Of a stretch of DNA of 64,000 nt, positions 58,801-64,000 are shown in pieces. The stretch spans positions 9,426,001-9,490,000 of the forward strand of contig NC_058383.1 of NCBI RefSeq assembly GCF_018350175.1, in the 5' to 3' direction. A program made the position numbers and the translations under genes. The DNA comes from Felis catus (Eukaryota). Each line of letters starts with the position of its first letter. Within the stretch, counting starts at the first letter, position 1. Below the pieces are notes generated by a model. The model was not told the origin of the DNA and ran no database searches. It saw only the letters and a program-made list of their open reading frames with translations.

Positions 58801-61800
58801 TGTCTTCCTTCTAGCGGCCTGGCCTCTCTTCTCTAGTCACCCCATCCCCTGCTGCTTGCAAAGGGTCCAAATCTCTACACTTTGGGTTTTGCTCTGCTCC
58901 CTTGCTCCGCCTACGCCCAGAGGCATCCTGTCTCCCCGTTTCCCAAACCTGCTCTGAGCAGCTGCCTGGTGCAGACTCTTCACGCCCAGCCAGGCCCGCG
59001 TGTCCCATCAACTGTGCCCTCACTGTGCGAGCCCCGGGACTCCCTTTTCTGGCCTCCCCATCTCTCTCGGGCCCACGTCCTGTAGCGCCCCCCACCACCT
59101 GCCTCCCGACGACCCTCCATCCGCCCCCCACGCAGTCCACGAGGGGCCCTGCTGAAATCAGGCAGCGTGGCGAAGGGGGAAGTGTGGCTTGTGGAGTCTG
59201 CAGGTGTGGCTTGATAAGCTGGCTCTGCGACTTGCAAGTGACGTGACTTGGGCAAACTCCGAGGCTACTTGCATCTCAGCTTCCTCATCGGCAAAGTGGG
59301 GTAATAAACCCTTCCTTGTAGGGCTCTTGTGAGACAGGATGTGATATTAATAGTAAGGATAAAAACAATAATACGTGCCATTCAAGGGCAAGGCCATGAC
59401 CAAGAGCACCAGGACCTGGGCAAAGCGCTCACTGATGATGTCATTTCAGTGTCAGCCCCATGAGATAAGGACGCTTATCGTTTCCAGAGCACAGACATAA
59501 AAAAGATTAAGTCACGGCCAACGTCTTCACGTGCCTTCTAGGTGATGGAGGCAGGACTAGAACCTTTGTCACCCAACTCTGGGCCCTAGAACATACCCCC
59601 TGCACTGTGAGGGGGTCCCCTGCGGAGGGTACACATGACCCGGCCCCAGCAGGCTTCCACATGGTATATCGAGGGACAAGAGGCCCTGTGGAGCGAGCAG
59701 ACACTGAAACAGGAAGGCTGAAACTTTAGGATTACGAAGAGGGAAGGGCAGTTCTAGCATCCCTGCAAAGAGACAGAATCTACAAACTTTAGGCTTTTGG
59801 TTTTATTTCAGGTCCATCTCATGGGGCTGGAGAGGTGACGGGGAGGACGGTGGCTCCATGTGCTCCTATGGCACGCCCACATCCTCTCTTGGAGTGCGGT
59901 GGGACATCTCCGCTTTACAGACAAGGAAACTCAGGGCCACTGGAAACTGGGACCCGGACACTGATCCCTTATCTTGAGTACCACATTCCCCCCCACAAAA
60001 TACTTTCCACCCCAGGAAGGCACCTGGCTGGACCAGCCCCGGATGCAAGAGGCCGTATTCCTGCTCGCCTGCCGGTCCCTCCCGCTGGCCCTCTGCGGGC
60101 AAAGCCCTCTGAGCCTCGGGATGTGGCAGCACCTTCTAGGACCTGCTCAACACCACCTCCCTTGGCACACCCTCCTGCCCCCTCTTTCTCAGAGTTCCTG
60201 GAGCCTGTGTCTCCTGGCCTGGCCCTGAGACTTCCCAGCCACGCCCTGCCCAGTGTGCCGGGCTGTCGCAGGGGCCATGCTTAGGCGATGCACACAAAAG
60301 CATTTCATAAAGCATTTCTACAAGTACCTCTCAATGTCCTGACGGCTCAGTTCTGTTAATGTAAACACCACCTTTGTCTTCTTGACACAAAATACACTCT
60401 GACAGACTCAGCAGCCACCAGCATCAGGAACGTACTAGGTGCCGTCACCTCCAGCACCTCACTTAATGCTCACACGAGCCCCAGGAGGTGGGGTCATTCC
60501 CCTCCTGAGGGGAAAACTGAGGCAAGGTGAAGGGAGGACCTCACCCAGGATGTGAGCTTGAGCACAGGGACTTCCTCTATTTTATCTGTGGCTACCTGGG
60601 ACAGAGCGGGGCCTCAGTGGATATCTGCTGAGCTTTCGGCAAACAGGAAACTAATGTCTTGTCAGTGGTACAAGAACTGAGTCCTTTGAATATCTCCTGT
60701 GATGCTTGAAGACCGTAACTTTTCCAGGGGAGACAATGGTTACCAAAACTTGGAGAGGGAATTAGGAGGGGATGTGACCCTGAGCGCCCAGCCTGCCCAG
60801 CCTGGGGAATCCTGGCCCCGAGTGTGTGAAACCACGGCCTGCACCTGAGACCCACTCCCGGCAGGACTCAGGGAGCCCCGAAGGGCAGGGCTGGGCCCCA
60901 GGGCTCCCTCAGCACAGGGCCTCACTCAAAGCTGCCTGCAGGTGTCCAGGGTTGGAGTTTGGGTAGAACATAGCCGACAGCGAATGTGAAGAAGTGACCT
61001 GACTGCAGGAAGGATTCGGAACTCAGTCTTGGGGGGACAGTGGTTTCGTCACCATATCGCTCCTTCACTGTCATGTTTTTATAGCTAAAAACCATCTGTA
61101 CTCTTAATATTTTCATGAAGCTAATTTACCTTTGCACTTAAACTTCTTACAAGGAAGCTTTCTGGAAGGTTGAAAAACATCAGTAAAGTAAAAATATGGG
61201 GGCACCTGGGCAGCTTAGTTGGTTAAGGGTCCTACTCTTGGTTTTGGCTCAGGTTTATGAGATCGAGCCCCATGTCAGGCTCTGTGCTGACAGTGAGGAG
61301 GCTGCTTGGGATTCTCTCCTTTTCTCTCTGTCCCTCCCCTGCTTACGCTCTCTCTCTCAAAATAAACTTAGGAAAAAAAAAAACATTAAAAAACAAACAG
61401 TGCCATTAGTAAACTCAAGCCGGAGACTGTGTGTGATATCGTGACTTATAATAAATACGAATTTGGGTTTTGTACTGTTTCTGGCACAGAGCTCCTAAAA
61501 CCCTTGGCATTTCCTAAGTGATAAAAACAATAAAGGTGTCTTCCTTTCCTCATAACCAGCCCCTTTCAGCCACTCTGGAGTTTATGTGAATAAAGCAATT
61601 TCTGGAAAGCCCTGAAGGATGGGGCTGGTTGCCAGGGGGAACCAACCATGTGGTCAGAGGGTGTGAATTTCCAGGCCTGCTGCTGACCTCCGGGGAGGGG
61701 GGGACTGGTGGGTGAATGAACCCCCAGCGGCAGATGATTTAATCAGTCGCACCTACACCTACATTAAAACCCAAGAGCACAGGGTTTGGAGAACTTCAAG

Positions 61801-63263
61801 TGTCAGGCTGCTGAACACTTCCTTGGAGGTGCTGGGAGGGTGGCACCCCCACCGAGGGTGTAAAACTCCGCAGCTTTCCCCATACCTTGCCCTCTGCATC
61901 TCTTCCATCTGGCTGTTAAGGACTTCTTTCTTTCTTTCTTTTTTTAATGTTTATTTCTGAGAGAGAGAGACAGAGCAGGAGCTGGAGGAGGGGCAGATGT
62001 CACCATAAAGCCCGACGTGCAGCTTGAACCCATGAACCGTGAGACCACGGCCTGAGCCGGAGTCGGACGCTTAACCAACTGAGCCACCTAGGCGCCCCTG
62101 GCTATTACTGCCTTCTATCCTTTAAAATAAACTGGTAACCTTGTAATAAGGAAACTGCTTTCCTGAGCTCTGTGAGCCACAGCAGCCAATGAATCAAACC
62201 TGAGGAGGCTGGTTTCTAGCTCTGGTTTCTAGCTGATAAGTACAGGTGATGCTGGGACTTGAGACTCGTGTCTGAAGCTGGGGGCAGTCTTGTGGGACCG
62301 GGCCCCCCACCCGGAGGACCCGAGGCTAACTCCAGGCAGACGGTTTCACACCTGGAGGCATCCGAAGGGTGTGCAAGAACTCCCCATACATCTGGTCACA
62401 GAACTATTCTGTGCGGGTCTCGAGGAGAAGAGAAAACCAGTTTTCCTCCTCTGCTGTCGCCCCCAAAGCTCTAAGCTTGAGGCTACTCTCTTCATTTGAA
62501 AAGGGAAATTGGCAAGCGTTAGGTGGTAAAGATGCATCAGCACCAAACTGCAACCCTGTCCGTGTCAGTGATGCAACCGGACGGAAAGACAGAGAGCTGC
62601 GCCTCCCGACGTGGTCCTTTGCCAATAGCCCCGCTACGACCCATCTGTTCACAAAACTGTCACAGACAGAAAGATCACGGGCCTGGGGTCAAACGTGAAC
62701 CGGGTGCCGGCTGCAGCTCTGCCCTGTGCTAAGGACCTCGGGCAGTACTTGTAGTGCCCCTGAACCTCAGCTTATCTACCTGTGAAATGGCACCTTGTAC
62801 TCTGGTCCCTGTGAGGTGCCAAGGAGAGATTCGAACAAGCGGACAGACGTAAAAGAACCTCGTAAACCCTAACGTGCTGTGGAAACACGAGGGGTTAGGC
62901 TAAGGGAGCTCTGAGGCACAGGCCACCGATAAGGCGATGTCCCCGACTGAGCCCCAGATGCGGCAAGGCCACCTGCACCTCTGTCGCCTGGCTCTCTCCT
63001 GACCGAGGTCTGAGGACAGGGCACCGCTGGGACTGATGGACGGGCTCTGGAACGCAGAGAGGGATCTGGAGCACAGTCACTTACACTGGCTGAATTCTGG
63101 TGAACTCGGGGATTTCGTCTTTTTTCTTTCTGAAGAGGAACCAGTAGGTCAGGAGGCCCACGATGAGTGAAAACAGAATCATGTCCGTCATGCTGAAAAG
63201 AGACACTTCTTCAGCCACTGTCTCAGACACTGTGGCGCTGGCATCCACGTTGGAATCCCCCAT
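34729..63263 (-). CDS. POR: NADPH-cytochrome P450 oxidoreductase, complete CDS, 15 coding exons, 678 aa
   Basis: gccATGG at 63263. Exons sum to 2037 nt. N-terminal membrane anchor, FMN loops [12 protein letters not shown] and ATYGEGD, FAD motif [13 protein letters not shown] motif [16 protein letters not shown], and C-terminal GRYSLDVWS*. Confidence 0.98.
34969..35054 (-). CDS. POR: POR coding exon 14
   Basis: [28 protein letters not shown]. Confidence 0.96.
35153..35298 (-). CDS. POR: POR coding exon 13
   Basis: [48 protein letters not shown]. Confidence 0.96.
35378..35648 (-). CDS. POR: POR coding exon 12
   Basis: [31 protein letters not shown]...[24 protein letters not shown]. Confidence 0.96.
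35936..36085 (-). CDS. POR: POR coding exon 11
   Basis: [50 protein letters not shown]. Confidence 0.96.
36198..36379 (-). CDS. POR: POR coding exon 10
   Basis: [60 protein letters not shown]. Confidence 0.96.
36599..36717 (-). CDS. POR: POR coding exon 9
   Basis: [39 protein letters not shown]. Confidence 0.96.
36821..36937 (-). CDS. POR: POR coding exon 8
   Basis: [38 protein letters not shown]|gtgctg. Confidence 0.95.
37877..37975 (-). CDS. POR: POR coding exon 7
   Basis: [32 protein letters not shown]. Confidence 0.96.
38236..38325 (-). CDS. POR: POR coding exon 6
   Basis: [29 protein letters not shown]. Confidence 0.96.
38633..38757 (-). CDS. POR: POR coding exon 5
   Basis: [41 protein letters not shown]. 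Confidence 0.96.
39284..39433 (-). CDS. POR: POR coding exon 4
   Basis: [50 protein letters not shown]. Confidence 0.96.
40774..40902 (-). CDS. POR: POR coding exon 3
   Basis: [43 protein letters not shown]. Confidence 0.96.
41762..41959 (-). mobile_element. CAN-SINE
   Basis: Antisense copy. Confidence 0.88.
42118..42312 (+). mobile_element. CAN-SINE
   Basis: Diverged copy with (CT)n and poly(A). Confidence 0.8.
42830..43017 (-). mobile_element. CAN-SINE
   Basis: Antisense copy. Confidence 0.85.
43704..43890 (+). mobile_element. CAN-SINE
   Basis: ggggcgcctgggtggctcagtc... Confidence 0.88.
44988..45036 (-). CDS. POR: POR coding exon 2
   Basis: tttcag|[16 protein letters not shown]|gtgagt. 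Confidence 0.95.
45879..46095 (+). mobile_element. CAN-SINE
   Basis: gggcacctgggtggctcagtc... Confidence 0.9.
46100..47090 (+). mobile_element. Old L1 3' fragment
   Basis: aaatgaaaggcaagccacag...tctgacaaaggact...gtggcacatttacacgatggaatattc. Confidence 0.6.
48575..48770 (+). mobile_element. CAN-SINE (5'-damaged)
   Basis: ctcagttgaacgtccaactttggctcaggtcacg... Confidence 0.85.
49008..49210 (+). mobile_element. CAN-SINE
   Basis: gcctgggtggctcagtcagctgagcatcc... Confidence 0.85.
53723..53930. repeat. Degenerate ~18-bp minisatellite
   Basis: About 11 units resembling rtgacccccaactccctcc. Confidence 0.7.
56403..56575 (+). mobile_element. Internally deleted CAN-SINE
   Basis: ggggcgcctgggcggctcag joined directly to gcctctggagcccgcttccgattc. 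Confidence 0.85.
57071..57297 (+). mobile_element. CAN-SINE
   Basis: TSD aaaggctcaatactg on both sides. Confidence 0.9.
57300..58620 (+). mobile_element. Old L1 ORF2/3' fragment
   Basis: ccaatcccaactaaaaccccagcagg...gagaacaaagctgg...cacagaatggaatac. Confidence 0.6.
61198..61395 (+). mobile_element. CAN-SINE
   Basis: ggggcacctgggcagcttagttgg... Confidence 0.85.
61433..62450 (+). mobile_element. Solo ERV LTR (MER21-like), interrupted by a CAN-SINE
   Basis: Starts tgtgatatcgtg...ctggcacagagctcctaaaacccttggcatttcctaagtgata; internal aataaa at about 62127; family assigned from memory. Confidence 0.65.
61925..62098 (-). mobile_element. CAN-SINE inside LTR
   Basis: Antisense copy ending gagccacctaggcgcccc. 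Confidence 0.85.
63085..63263 (-). CDS. POR: POR first coding exon (acceptor at 63275)
   Basis: [59 protein letters not shown]|gtaagt. Confidence 0.96.
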
Positions 63264-64000
63264 GGCGAGAGGAATCTGCAGGGAGAGAAAGGGACACGTA
63301 TGAGCAGGGAGAAGTGGGGTCTGCCTGAGGCCCACGGGGGCGCACCCCCACCCCTCAAAGCTTCAGCCTGGGTCTCAGGGCCCCAAGGGCTACAGCAGCA
63401 GGCAAGGCACCGGGGCAGGAGCTGCTGGCCCCTCGAAGACACAGCTGCAGCTTTGGGTGGAAACTAAAATATTAAATGGCCCAGGAGTCCAAGGACCCAG
63501 CTGGGACTGGGGTCCCTGCAAACAGAGAACAGAAGCCACAGGCTCCCAGGGACACCGAGCCTCCTCCAGCCCCACATGGGCTTGGTTCCACATGAGAACG
63601 GGGACCATTTCGAGGCAAATGTTTTCCCCAACTGTGTGACAGGCCTGGGTGGCCCTAAACCCTGCACATTCCAAAGGCCTCCAGGGCTGGCCCTTGGACG
63701 GCTGCTGGGAAATCACTTCTGAGCCCTGGGAAGACGCCGCCTGATGAGCGTGGACCTTACAGAGGGTTTACTGAGACGCTGGGCCAGGCTCAGATGGTTC
63801 ACGTTAACCATGCCATTCAGGATGAAGGGCTGGGGTTCTGGACTGCATCGTCTGGGTTTGACGTCCGGGATGCGGGAGACAGGGTAGATGAGGTTAGCGA
63901 TGCGGCGCTCCACGCCTGCTAGGCTGACTCCCATACAAACCCCACACATGAAGGCGGCCGGTGAGCCCCCCTGGTTGGTAACACTTTATACGTGTCGCCA

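Noticed and set aside
63276..64000. Possible intronic snoRNA or POR promoter
   Set aside because: No H/ACA or C/D structure and no promoter-like CpG island recognised; the non-coding first exon must lie beyond the window.

Overview
Mammalian genomic DNA from a carnivoran, most likely a felid (about 30 tRNA-derived CAN-SINEs including felid-type young copies, and a felid-type L1 3' end). Three protein-coding genes, all reconstructed by hand with GT-AG introns and consistent phases. (1) The last four coding exons of the pseudophosphatase STYXL1/MK-STYX (+, 335-26798). (2) Complete TMEM120A/TACAN (+, 12 exons, 28447-34000, 343 aa) with a CpG-island promoter. (3) The complete CDS of NADPH-cytochrome P450 reductase POR (-, 15 coding exons, 63263-34729, 678 aa; its non-coding first exon lies beyond the window). 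TMEM120A and POR converge, with poly(A) signals about 180 bp apart. The first 26 kb are AT-rich and dominated by nested L1s and SINEs; the rest is GC/CpG-rich. I see no new gene family or novel system. The best leads are a phase-compatible STYXL1-to-TMEM120A read-through with no canonical STYXL1 poly(A) signal, a locally templated insertion inside an L1, a fused inverted-SINE hairpin, and candidate intronic regulatory motifs. Repeat boundaries and subfamily names are by eye and approximate.
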